Shown here in pieces: positions 49,938 through 62,664 of a stretch of 64,000 bases of DNA (positions within the stretch are counted from its first letter, which is position 1; the number at the start of each line of letters is the position of its first letter). Under the pieces are notes generated by a model. That model searched no databases, was not told the origin of the DNA, and saw nothing but the letters and a program-made list of their open reading frames with translations. This stretch comes from Utricularia gibba (lineage: Eukaryota; Plantae; Magnoliophyta): positions 310,001 to 374,000 of the forward strand of contig NEEC01000026.1 in the NCBI GenBank assembly GCA_002189035.1, written 5' to 3'. Position numbers and translations under genes: made by a program.

Positions 49938-50246
49938 ATAATAGCCATGTTTGGTTTTGCCTAGTACTTATAATTCACATCCAAGTCTCATTGTAAAAAT
50001 GAAAAATAGAATTGTGTTGTCTATTCGTACTAAGTTTGATATGATTTTATGACATTACTCCAGAATAATGAATCCACTCATGCTAGACATATAGGTTACA
50101 TAGAAATGTTCATTTTTTATGTCTAGAAAAAAAACTCTTTACCCTATCAAACATAGATTTTTTACCGTGCTCGATTGATGCGGTAGAGAAACTGGTCTCA
50201 TAGCTAGCATAGTCCCATCGTACAGTGGGACAATGTACCGATGATT

Positions 50247-53200
50247 TCAATAGCTCATCTTTTTTACCTCAGTCCAGTTGAGATGATGTGTGAAATGATG
50301 CCCGATATGTAGAGTGTGGATATTCTTGGCTAGATTCTGTTGCAAGATTCTGATCACGTCGGCCTCTGGTTCGTGTAGATTTTTGTGCTTGGTAATCCAT
50401 TGGCATTGCAAATCGAGTTGATCAAGGCCTGCCTCCACATACTTCCTTTTTCCAGGCAGGATCATGCACTAATGAAAATGACGTCGGTGGCCATTTATCT
50501 TCTGATCCTAGTGGTTGAAATTGCCTAATCTAGTGATCAAGATGTAACATCAAATTGATGACATCCCTGTGATCAATGTTCACCATTCGTCATGCCTATA
50601 CACATTGAATTACAAGTAAAAAGGATATACATATGAGTATATATAATGAAAGTAGTTGATCATAAATACCTGTTCTGCATGAGAACACGGTATGCCGAAA
50701 TTCTGCCACTTTCTACACTCACATGTGCCTTGAGCAACCATGACAATGAGTTTCTTTTGTTTTCCATTTTTCCTGCGTGTAGTAATCAAAATCTTTTTTG
50801 TGCATAATCAACTACCTTTATTGATGCATGAAGAATTGGTTTATCCCAACACGCATATAGCTTGTGCGATTGATCAACAAAACCAATGTGTCGATACATT
50901 TTTATATCTTGTTGAGAAGTAGTGCTCACATTGTACAAACGTTGCCTATATATATAAAAACCAAAATAAGATATGTAAATGCAACTTTTTATATTTTTCT
51001 AGTATTGTCTCACTCACCTGTGCCAATGCGCATTGGGGTAGATGTCTTGCTCTCTTTAATATTCCATTCATACCTTGATATTCCATTCATAGCTAAGTGT
51101 TTAGCCACTCATGAAAAGGGAAAGCAAAACGTTTTTATAGCATATCCTAAGCAATATTCTGGTTTCAAAGTTAAACAACAAGCAATGTATAACATAAATA
51201 GAAAAGACAAATTGTTCAAGCAGTAAATCTAAAACTAGTCTTAGCTAGGAACAGTATGTATCAAGAACGAAAGTAAATCTTCAAAGAAAACTTGTTCTTT
51301 AGGGTCGTCATCCCCTTCTTCTTCTACCCCATAAAAATCTCTAGAAAACATGTCGTGAGTATTCAATGGGGGAGATCTATCTTCTCTCTCTACTTTTTCC
51401 CCTTTTTGTCCAAAATCTCCCTTTTTCTTCTTCCTTGGATTTTGTATATACTTCTTTTCAGACTTCTGCCTCATCCTCTGCCACTACACTGTTCATATTC
51501 GGCTCCTTGGGATTTATGTTGCGACCTGCACTACATTGCTCAAAAAAAAATATTAGAGTAGATTTAGTCCCAACTAAGACTAAAATGACATGACTACGGT
51601 ACTATATGCAAAAATATGGAACTAAGTAGTAAAACTGGATTTTTGTAGCACAATATGAGTAATTTCCATGTACTCCATCACAAAAAAATATGTGTTATCA
51701 TACCTTCAACATGATTTGTTGTTAGCATACCATACCTATATGATAGTTATTGTTGTCGGTCAAAATTGCATGGTTAATATGTAACTACTAGTAAACATGC
51801 CTTACTCCTCCATTGTGCGACAATGTTAATGATTTAGGTTGTAACTTATTTAAATAATCCCATGCTTTTGGATGAATTGTATAAATTTCTCCCATGCACA
51901 ACCTCCATTTACTTACCGACGTTGCATACATGGCTTTCATAAATAGTTGCCTCATCTGTGGATATTTTCCATATTTTTCAAGAAAATTAGATTGTAAATG
52001 ACATATGCAATGACGATGTAAAACTCCATATTTAGACATGAATGCTCTTACTTTGGATGCTCCGTTCTCTATAGAAGGATATCGATCTGATATAACACAA
52101 CATGCTCTATTACCAAAAACATGTTGCTTCAATAGTTGAATAAACCAACACCAAGATTCATCATTTTCACATTCCACAACTGCAAAGGCGATGGGCAGAA
52201 GAAGACTAGAGGCATCCTTAGTTACAGCAATCAATAGCTTGTGAGAATATTGTGAATAGAGATGAGTAGCATCCATAGTGATTACCGGTTGACACCAACG
52301 GAATGCCTGAATACATTTTCCAAAAGACCAAAAACATACTGTAATATCTTTGTGTCACTAATTTTTGGATGCCTGTGTTGGTACCCTACAACAAAGGAAG
52401 GAGGCATACAGATGACTCCCATGTCCCATAAACAACTTCATATCCTTTTTGCAAGTTGTACCATGCTCGATAATATGAGATATCCTGATTTCTCTTTAAT
52501 CACCTGTTGAATAACTTTGTCTTTGGTACCAATATCGACTTCAAGAAAAGGTCTTGTGCATTCCGTGATGTATAATGAAGTAATATTTCGTTGGGATAAT
52601 GATTGTGATCCAAGACTTGTACAGGTGTGTGGCTCCTCAATACCTGTTATTTTCCAAATTGCATCACGTGTAAAATATGCACAACGAATCCTCCATTTTC
52701 ATCCCTTCTCCTTCATCTTATAGCAATGATATTCAACATACATCTCCTATTGCACTTTATATGATTTAAATTCACGATCAATTTTGAGACTGTATTCCAC
52801 AACATCATCATTGAAGGCCTCCTTTGATGAAAATTCTTGATATTTAAAGAATGGATAGGGCACTAAGCTAATGGGATCTAAGATTTCTCCAGAATGTTGA
52901 TCTTCATCTAGTATGGCATTTCTTATAAATGCAGGAGGTGCCTAAAGTGTATCATCAATATTAATTGTAGAATTATGTTCCCCTTCTTCTTATTCATTTA
53001 TCTCCTCACCTTCATCGATAGGCTCATTGCCTTGTATATCATAGTCGCTATCGCAGTCTTGCAAATCATCACGTAGAATGTCATTGGTCGCCAATTCATC
53101 ATGAATATCATCCTCGTGTAAATCAACATCACACCCCATATTTCGCACTTCCTTTGGAACTTGATCCATGAAAACATCAAATCCCATCTGTACATGGGTC

Positions 53201-53477
53201 GGATTGAAAGTATACAATAAATCATAATCGGAGGTAATACCTAGAATTCGTGTACACCTAGAAGACGAGTCATAAAATTGAACTCTTATTTGGATATCAA
53301 AATGTGTCGGATCTACATCACATACTGAACATAATTCATCTCGTAGACAATTCAACGACATCATACTATCGAAGCTTCAAATGTAGAGTGGTGGCATATC
53401 ATATGCTCTATAATCTTTGGGATACACAATCATATTATCTCCGTAAAAGATTTGACAATGATGGTTGTTGGATCCAT
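50247..53477 (-). pseudogene. MuDRA-type transposase pseudogene
   Basis: MuDR domain FSSKEAF..C..WRIRC..HTC (52620-52860); MULE domain DATHLYSQY..LPIAFAVVECE..SW.WF..VISDR..HRHC..HL; SWIM motif CECRKWQNFGIPCSHA (50671-50730); downstream FQPLGSEDKWP..GRP. Several stops. Confidence 0.92.
51076..51700. mobile_element. Solo LTR (625 bp) inserted in mudrA, 5-bp TSD TACCT
   Basis: TGATA...TATCA ends; TACCT at 51071-51075 and 51701-51705; removing it restores VEG-MNGILKRARHLP. Confidence 0.93.
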
Positions 53478-54129
53478 CTTCTAACCTCCCAGAACGAAAA
53501 GGAACTTTGGAATGAAATGAGACGAATGACAATGTGTGTGTCCATGATTCATAGAGGAATAATGCATTTGTGATGATGGGTAGCACATGTTATGTTACGT
53601 AGGGTAGTGATATTAAGTCATTTGGTGTATTTTTTAATGCGTGGTGCCTATGCTTTATCTTTACTTTACTTCACTTTTTTCTTTATATAACATCATAGTT
53701 TCAAATAACTGATGACATGGTCAATGATGTACACTACATTCTATATTGTCAAAGAACATCTTTGAGTATTACTTAGATGAATATTTTTTGTATAACATGT
53801 TCTAAACAATGAAAATTGATGTGTTTAAGTGCTCTTACATATGCATAACTGCTTAGAGAGAAAATGATTGGAATCACATAGGTAATATGTTCATTTATCA
53901 TCATGTATTCATTGCCATAAAATGATTGGAATCACATGTGCAAAGGCTAAACAAGTGAAATACGGGAGTGTACACGGAAGCCATCGGATCTTAAGAGTGC
54001 ATCATTTAGCACCCAACTATATGTAGCAGACCCCTCCCACTCAGCAAGCACATATATAAATTTCATGTTTTCATCACATACACTCAACACGTTGGTGGAT
54101 ATCACACCCTTTCGATTTCTGTACCTTGC

Positions 54130-56667
54130 AGCTTTACATTTCTTGACCCATATACCGATCTATGTACCATCTATGGCCCCAACACAATTCTACAAATGCA
54201 CAATCAATTTTACATATATTCTTAAAAACATGTAAGAAAGGTGTATCTACCTTGAAGTGCTTGAACTTTCCTTCGGATGCACGTTCCCAAGCAACTTCTA
54301 GGGTCTCTAAGAGTACCTCATGAAGGCAAAGGACTGCATGCAACACCTTTTGAAAGCACCAAGACTGTTGGGTCTCTCGTAGACATTGTATGTCTCAAAA
54401 GCAGCGAATTTTAAAATTTTTGAGAAACCCCAAACGCAGATCTTGGAATACGGTATACATCAGACGAAGGGATGTTCAAAATACCTTTCAAATGACTTCG
54501 TTGTTCATCAACCACCAATAGCAGACGGCCTCTATGGTATCCACATGTGGAGCACTCCGTCGATAACCTTCTCAAGGCTCTTGAATGCTGGTCGAATTTC
54601 TCAAGTGCTAGTAGAGAAAAATGCCTCCTTGTGGATCAGTCTCAAAGAGCACGAAGACCCTTTGGAGCAAATCTCAAGGTCTAAATCTTTTTTATAGATA
54701 TTTTGTGACATATCAAATCATATCTATATGAGATCTTTTATTTTGAGTTTAATTAATATTAATCTCAAAATAACTCTCTATTTAATTTATCCACCTTACC
54801 AATTACATCTCATGTAATTGTGTCATTCTATTTTATATCGATAAGTGACTCCACTGTTGTGTGTGACCCTATAGGTTTCTTCAATCAAGGCCGTAATAAT
54901 GGATTTATTAATTAACTCTAAATTAATCAAATCCATCATTATCGATCATGAATGATGTCTAGCAACATATCATGATCCCCAAGATTAAAGAATAATCACG
55001 TGAACTGATTGAGCCCTTCTATGACAGCCACCATGCAATGAACAGCTTTCATCATACTTATATTTCATTCGATATCAGAACATGGGTGTGTGTCTTTCTG
55101 ATATATCGAACTTATAATTGCATTCAAGCACTAACACTCAATGACCTACTCAAACAATTCGAGTGTCATTACCCTAGGCCCAGGACTTACTGTTAGGCTT
55201 TGATGCAATTACTTGAGATATGATCTCATCGCTAACATGAGTGATGAATCCTTTATTGATCAATCAACTATCTCCAACCTTAAGGAGTCACATACCTACC
55301 CATCCATACTAGGCAAGCCATGGTTAGGCTCCCATTAATAATGAGCGAAAATGTGAGCTTAAGATCAAGATAACTTTGTTGACCTTAGGTCTAAGCTTAC
55401 TTGCACGGCTTTCATATTCGAGATCTTGCTACTAACACTGGGTTAGCTTCCCATAGTAGCATCTCGAAGATGAGTCATCCAGTGAATTGATTCTCTAATC
55501 GACACCCACACATAGGTTCTAGTAATCTCATTACATCAATTGTGAGAACCATTGCGTAAATAGTTTAGGGAACTCAATGTGTGCTAGCTTATCCGTATTT
55601 GTGATATCTTCATTTCACAAACACTCTAGCTAGGGAGTTTTTGACTTGAGCATGAGTGCTTGAAGAATCTCACATTATGATCTCATCATAATTTCTATAG
55701 CACATAGATCAAGTAGAGAATTTTATCAATGATATAAATTTGATCACAATTCAAAGTAAATATCATAAGATAAGATCTGCCAATGAGTTGATTGTCTCTA
55801 GAACATATACACTAACAAAGACATAGTCTTGGTGCTCCACCTATAAACATGCTTCTGCACCCGAATTTTTTTATGGTGACCTAATATTTCTAAAAACATG
55901 CAAACCATCTCCATAACTATAACATATTTTCCAGCCTTTAAACTAGAATGATTTTCTAACAGACTGCATAAAATACAGAAGGCATCTCAGCTGATTCTCA
56001 AGTTCTCAATGGATGCGATGTTCACATCACTTACCAACCTACTAATATACTCAACTTGTTTAGTAATCTTGTCTGTAAGGGAATACCTGTGTCTCACCCT
56101 ATATCCCCTACGGTAATTTTTCCAATATAAGTATATTAACACATCCATCCCAACCAAGTATTTGGTTAATACTACCACATCCGCACTCAAGATGACATGA
56201 CCTCCATGGAAAAATCCATGTCCCCTCAACAATAGCAAAAATCGAGCAAAATAAATCCACACACACATAGCACAACTAATTTTGAAATTGGAAAATCACA
56301 TAACACACCCACTATGCGGTGCTGTCGTGGACAAACTCACTAAGAACAAAAAACACACTTACCGGAAGACCCACCCTTTGCGCTCAAATTGCACGTGATG
56401 CCGCCGGCAATTCATGAACCTTGCGTCTAGTTTGTAGATTTGTATTCAAATTTGGATGACGTGAGGGTAAAATTGGAAGCGAAGAGCCTTGTTTAGCTAA
56501 ATCAACCACCCCCCATGAGTTTAGCTAAACCCAGCTCGATGGGTTCCTGTCGGGTATATAGGCACCTAGCGGGTTTATTTTTATCCGCCTGAAACCCACG
56601 AACCAAACGTGGATTTATGTCTAAATCCACGCCACAACCCACCTAAACCACCCAACCAAATGCACCC
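54130..56667 (-). mobile_element. PIF/Harbinger element remnant (5' TIR and transposase N-terminal half) nested in the MULE
   Basis: TIR GGGTGCATTTGGTT (56667-56654) next to a TTA/TAA target; KQVEYISRLVSDVNIASIENLR, MFLEILGHH, VLHAVLCLHEVLL and KFKHFK resemble the PIF transposase N-terminus. Confidence 0.72.
54366..55817 (-). mobile_element. Solo LTR (1452 bp) inserted in the Harbinger transposase, 5-bp TSD AAGAC
   Basis: TGTTG...TAACA ends; AAGAC at 54361-54365 and 55818-55822; same family as 39963-41462. Confidence 0.96.
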
Positions 56668-56951
56668 TAAAGGAAAAAGAGGGGCAGATCTTTACATACA
56701 AGACAATACTTTATGAGTTGAATGTGCCTCTGAAATGATTCCAATTCCAATACAAGTAGTGTATCTTGAAGAACAAGCATCTCATTATAGGAGTGGAGGA
56801 AGTAGAAAGGGAAAGGAAAAGACGTGCTAGGATGATGGGTGATACATGGTTTTTATGTGGCACTTTTGGTTGTATCAATTATTAGAAGTGACTAATGTTT
56901 GTGATATTTGCATTGTTTTATGACTTTGTTTGAAGTAGACATTTAGTGGTT

Positions 56952-57575
56952 TTCTTGTATTAACTATGGTTTCAATTGAAGCAATGCTTGATTAGTGATG
57001 TCTTCCTTTTTATGTTGAAACTGTATCACTCTTCCAAATTATGTTTGTTCTTGAAGAGTGCAGAAATGAAAATTGTAATAGTCATATTTTTTTTTCCGAG
57101 CGCTGTGTAGGGAATTAAGTGACGCCTAGACATCTGGAGTTGATCTCCATGCATAGATTGTAAAACTCTTCCGGATTACTACATTTCTTGAAGTGTGTGG
57201 AATAGACTTGAATTGAAAATCAAAATTGGAAAAAAAGTACCTCACTTTATTCAAGACCATTCATTTCATATACAATAATGGATTTACTCTTTGATATGTA
57301 AATTATGTACATATATTTATATAGTTTAATTAAAAGAAATTGTTTGCATTATATAATTAATTACACAAATGTTTATATAGATATATATATGTATATTAAT
57401 TACAAGAGGGCATGATTATCTTTTGTGCTCTGTAATTATTAGAGAATTCATTAGTTATCATTACATATTTATATTATTATGTAGAATACTATGTAATTAG
57501 ATAGATGAATTAATAAATTAGATTTATACTAAAAATGGCCAATTAAAAAAAATTCAGTATTTCACCTAAATACTT
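56952..57575 (-). repeat. Right long inverted repeat of the MULE
   Basis: Reverse complement of 47006-47623. Confidence 0.92.
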
Positions 57576-58512
57576 GTCAGAATGCATGAAAAGGCTGATT
57601 ATTTTTGAAATTGGATACAAGTGGGAGATCACCAAAAAAAGTCGTGTGATGGACGAGGTAGTGATGAAAATGGGCCCCAGGATCCCAAGACCAAAAGGCC
57701 ACCCCTCACCCTGGCCTCCCTTGGACTAGGCGGGGGCTACACGTGTCAAGTCGTGGGCAGTTGCAGTTAGGTTCAAGCCGGCTGGTGGGTGGTTGGTCGT
57801 TCCAACTGGTTCATGTCTTCTTTTATCACGCCAGCGCCTTGCACGTGGAGCCATGTGTTGCCCTCCCTGAGTCCGGCTGGGCTGGGCTGGGCTCCTCCAG
57901 CGCTCGCCATGGACATGGAATCCTTCCCTTTCTATCTCCGATTCAGGCAAGGACAGGACAGGACAGGACCCTCTCCTCTCCTGGGAGTTTCTTTTGTGTG
58001 TGTGTGTGTGCGTGTGGAAGGAAGGATTCGCTACTCGCGAGGATCAAATCCATCAACGAATTAAAGCAGGGGGGTGGTTATTCAAAACCATTACTTCCCC
58101 AATTATTAAAAATTCAAAAATAGCTGGATTCAAAGAAGCCATCAATGCGCGGCTGCGGAGCGAGAGAACATCCTTTGCACAAATTTCAGGTAATACTTCT
58201 TCCTCTCCCTCGGTTCGGCTCGGCTCGGCTCGGCAAGGGAGGACAAACCCCAACACCTTTCCTAACAATCGCGGGGCTCCTCTGTCAACACAGTCCTGCG
58301 TTGAACGCTGCCTCTTTTGCACACTCGGGGATGACCGCAACCCTGGCTTCAGCGTGATGCCAAGTCCAGATTCAGGCGAAAGTGCTCCTGGGTTTCTATT
58401 TTGGGAGTGGAAGGTGGGGGGCTTGGCTTCTGTTTCACTTAGATCTGATCCCATGCGTCTATTCTGCTTATTGTGATTGATCGGACACTGGATTCGAATT
58501 TCCGCACAAGTA

Positions 58513-61320
58513 ATGGGGCATTGTTGCAGCAAGACCGTCGCCGTTTCCGTCGACAAGGATGACTTCAACTCCGCCGCACCTCCCGACAACTGGCGCCCTC
58601 AGGCCCCGGCATCGGGATCGCGTACCCCATCAGCCTCCGGCAATGGCGCTGCCCCAACCCCACCCCATTACTTCACTTCAAGCCCCTTCCAAAGCCCTTA
58701 CCCCACTGGTGTTGCTCCCTCGCCATCGCCATCGAGGACTCCGGGAAGAAAATTCCGATGGCCCTTGCCGCCGCCTTCTCCTGCGAAGCCCATTATGTCG
58801 GCTCTTATGAAACGGCAACAAGCTTCGCAGCCCACGAAGCCCATACCTGAGGAGGCCCCGGCGTCGACAGTTTTGAGCCAAGTAACCAACAGCTTGATAA
58901 GACCTTTGGGTATTCGAAGACCTTCGGGGCAAAGTACGAACTTGGAAAAGAAGTGGGTCGTGGGCATTTTGGGCATACTTGTTTCGCCAAAGTGAAAAAA
59001 GGGGAGCTCAAGAATCAGCCAGTCGCTGTGAAGATAATTTCCAAGGCTAAGGCGAGCGATGAGTTTGCTTTGCTATTTCTTGTTACTCTTTGATGAAAGA
59101 AGAATGCCTTTTCATGTCTCAATTCTTCTGCAGATGACAACAGCAATAGCCATAGAGGATGTAAGGAGGGAGATTAAGATACTGAAAGCACTCTCTGGAC
59201 ATAAAAGTCTCGTAAAATTTTATGACGCGTTTGAAGATGCAACCAGCGTCTTTGTAGTAATGGAGTAAGAAATGCGCTCATGATCCTTTCTTCCCAAAAG
59301 CTTCCTAAGTTCAGTTTTGATCTACCGAAGAGTAATCACCATAAGGTAGGATTTTTTCTTTAATGGGCTTGTCATATCGTTATTTCAACAGATTATGTGA
59401 AGGGGGAGAACTGCTGGATAGGATTTTAGCAAGGTAATAACAATGAATTGCCTATCATTCCTTAGATACACAATCACTTAATAATTGAGTTTCATTTCTT
59501 CTTGTTTCATCGGTCCAGAGGTGGAAGATATGCAGAAGAGGATGCTAAGATTATAGTTGTGCAGATGCTAAGCGTAGTAGCTTTTTGTCACCTTCAAGGT
59601 GTTGTGCACAGGGATCTAAAACCGGAGGTATCAACCACTTCATGTGAATGCCAAAATGAGTTGAATACGAAAGACCTCACCAAATTCGCTTTTTGTTTGA
59701 TTCTCTTGCAGAACTTTTTGTTTGCTACAAAGGATGAAGATTCTCCCATGAAGGTCATAGATTTTGGTCTATCCGATTTCATCCGGCCAGGTGAATGTCC
59801 ATCTTCGTCACTTGATTGGAGCATTTGAGCTGGGTACAAGTTCATTGGAACTCCTGGCACGCTATGGTTATGTTGTGCGAGCTTATGATACTAAACAGAT
59901 TCTTCTTTGTCAGTCGATGCTGGTTATAGCTCATGTATTCCTAGCACAACTGCTGGTTTATTGTTGCAGATGAACGTCTAAACGATATTGTTGGCAGTGC
60001 ATACTACGTAGCACCTGAAGTGCTCCATAGATCATACAGCACTGAAGCAGATATTTGGAGCATTGGTGTGATTACATATATTCTATTGTGTGGAAGCAGA
60101 CCTTTTTGGGCACGCACAGAATCAGGAATTTTTCGCTCTGTTCTGAGAGCTGATCCCAACTTCTACGACCCACCATGGCCCTCCGTATCATCTGAAGCGA
60201 AAGATTTTGTTAAAAGACTTCTGAATAGGGATCACAGGAAAAGAATGACAGCCGCACAGGCGTTGAGTAAGTTTCTGATTAATGCCTTGTTTGAAGGTGG
60301 AAACTCCTAGAAGTAGCTCCTTCTCATCCATCATTATTTCCGTTTCCATGGTGATCCCGTTAATCTGTGGCATCCCCTGTTTATCTCAGCTCATCCATGG
60401 TTAAGGGATCTGAACTGCAGTGTTCCTTTGGACATCATGATCTACAGATCAGTGAAGTCATATATTCGAGCCTCACCTTTAAAACGTGCTGCTCTAAAAG
60501 TAAGCAGTATCACTGACAAAGTATGCTTGGTAGTACTTTGAAAGTTACTTTCTGAAATGCATGTGTTAGCAGGCACTTTCCAAGGCTTTAACTGAAGATG
60601 AGCTGTGTTACCTCCGGGCTCAGTTCGAGATGTTGGAGCCGACAGATGGCCGAGTCTCCATCGACAACTTTCGGATGGTGTGTGCCTGTGCTACTTTTTT
60701 GGCATTCTAACCATTTACTTTGTTCCTAACAAACACCATCATCTATGCCTCTGCCGGGGGACTCCCAGGCGCTTTCGAAAAATGCTACGGATGCCATGAG
60801 AGAATCAAGAGTTGCTGATATTCTCAACATGGTACTGCAACTCTCTTACTAATTGTTAATGGAGGTCTTGCCGTCGGGAGATTCATTTCTACTGATCTTA
60901 ACGAGTGCGCTTTTGTTGTGGAACTGAAGATGGAACCTCTGTCCCATAGAGTGATGGATTTCGAAGAGTTTTGCGCTGCGACAACTAGTCCCATCAGCTT
61001 GAGGCCCTCGAAAGATGGGGAGACATTGCAAGCGTAGCATTTCAGATCTTTGAAAGAGAAGGCAATCGTATCATTTCTGTTGAGGAATTGGCACAGGTCA
61101 GTGAACTCTATTTTCCTCCAGACAACAGCTCTCGTTTTGCATCAGAAAACTCTCACCAGCGTCTGAGATCCCGTTTCAGGAACTGAATTTGGGTCTAACG
61201 GCATACTCCCTGCTCAAGGATTGGATTAGACCATCAGATGGCCGACTCAGTTTCCTCGGTTTCACCAAGTTCTTGCATGGGGTAACCATTCGCAATGCGA
61301 ATACGAGAAATCGGCATTGA
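58513..61320 (+). CDS. CRK4: CDPK-related kinase (CRK4/6-like). Exons 58513-59051, 59134-59264, 59392-59433, 59519-59627, 59712-59790, 59970-60266, 60390-60499, 60573-60677, 60769-60831, 60930-61096, 61180-61320. Two apparent 1-nt deletions
   Basis: MGHCCSK acylation-type N-terminus; PSPAKPI; GRGHFGHTC; VAVKII; HRDLKPEN; DFGLSDF; GSAYYVAPE; degenerate EF-hand C-terminus. Exons 1 (539 nt) and 10 (167 nt) are each 1 nt short of frame. Confidence 0.9.
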
Positions 61321-61747
61321 ACACAGACAGATCCTATCCCATTCTTTAGGTGACAAAAAGCTCAAGTATTTCTAGTGGCGCCTAGTTTTGAAACTTCCCA
61401 GTTTCTGTGAAGCATTTGTTGTCTCTTGGGAGGTTCTAATGAGATGATGATGAAGATGAAACCACGCATACGGATTTCTAACCTTTTTTAACTCGGCTCT
61501 TCTCTCGAAACTGGTCTTTTCTTTTTCCTTCAACGGCGATCTGGTCAAGATCTGTAACGAGTACTGCAAGCATTCCATTGTTGACTCAAAATAAAGCATC
61601 ACAGAATCTCAAATGGATAACATGCCAAGAACATCCCAAGCCATTCAGGTTTCAACGGTAGACGGATAAAAACCACGAGCAACAAGACAATGAAACTAGG
61701 GTACAGTCTCATACTGAGGATGAATGGCCACAAAAGGTAAGTGGTTT

Positions 61748-62664
61748 CTACTCTGCCTTCTCCTTGGTGTAGCGCCGGACAACAAAAGCCAGTCCTAAGA
61801 TCAAGAGAGGCACAAGGAACTGCAAAATCTTTATAACAAACTCTGGAGTCTTATCTGGGTTATAATTCGCTTGTTTTGGAGGCACATAAGCACGTTTCAG
61901 TGGCACAGTCGTTGAGTCAATCTCGCCAATGTAATATTTTGCCATCATATCCCTTGCCGAAGCACTGTGGCCAACGTCCTCAAAGTCATCGGTTGCATCC
62001 TTTCCTGCACAATGCAATCATATTTGAGGACGCCAGATAGTATGCGTATACTCCTTTTAACAAGAGATGAAAATAGACCGGTGTTAGTTACCAGTGGCGG
62101 AGAGCAAGACTTCATCTCCTCCAGGATGATCTTCCATGAATGAGGTAACATCATAAACCTAAAGGCAGGATTCATCTCACAAAATGATGCAACAATAACA
62201 CCTTCCACTTTTTCAGGGAAAACCAAATACTCGAAAACCCAATGTGTCATTTCCAATACTCGAGATGAATGAATCATAATCCAGCAGCACTTAAGAATTT
62301 CATTGGCGAACACCAGACATCAAACCAGTACACGAAATCCAAGCTCTACACAAGAAATAGTGCATAAAAGGGGAAAAAAGAATCCAGAATACACAAAGCC
62401 GGCGATGGACAAGCAGGATCACAAGCCAACGAACTTACAGATACCCAAAATTCACTTTACACGCAATGCACCCACTAAAGATGAGATATTCCAAATGAAC
62501 AAGCGAAGTCAGCAGAGCAGCCACTTTCCGAAAATTAGGAGGAAAACAAAAAGGGGAAAACCAAAAAGGTTTCTTACCTTTCCACCTATAATCAGCCAAC
62601 AATCCTTACTCTTGTTGTGCGTCGCCACATCCTGGAAAGAGTGCACTTTCGGATCTGAAGCCAT
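61748..62664 (-). CDS. CB5: Cytochrome b5 (tail-anchored); exons 62664-62578, 62158-62092, 62004-61748; 136 aa
   Basis: DCWLIIGGK|VYDVTSFMEDHPGGDEVLL..|GKDATDDFEDVGHS; hydrophobic C-terminal tail. Probable 5'UTR intron, and TATAAAT on the minus strand at ~62894-62900. Confidence 0.96.

Larger units (their letters stand above)
46863..57580 (-). mobile_element. Mutator-like element (MULE, ~10.7 kb) with long inverted repeats, mudrA pseudogene, accessory gene and nested insertions
   Basis: ~620-bp inverted repeats at 47006-47623 and 56952-57575; flanking 15-bp direct repeat AATGCATGAAAAGGC (46848-46862, 57581-57595); internal MuDR/MULE/SWIM coding remnants. Confidence 0.82.

Noticed and set aside
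39963-55817. LTRs at 39963-41462 and 54366-55817 as one element
   Set aside because: They are in opposite orientation, and the second has its own TSD.
57994-59011. Overlapping ORFs around the CRK 5' region (57994-58476, 58053-58589, 58678-58932 and others)
   Set aside because: By-products of a GC-rich 5'UTR and exon 1; no motifs.
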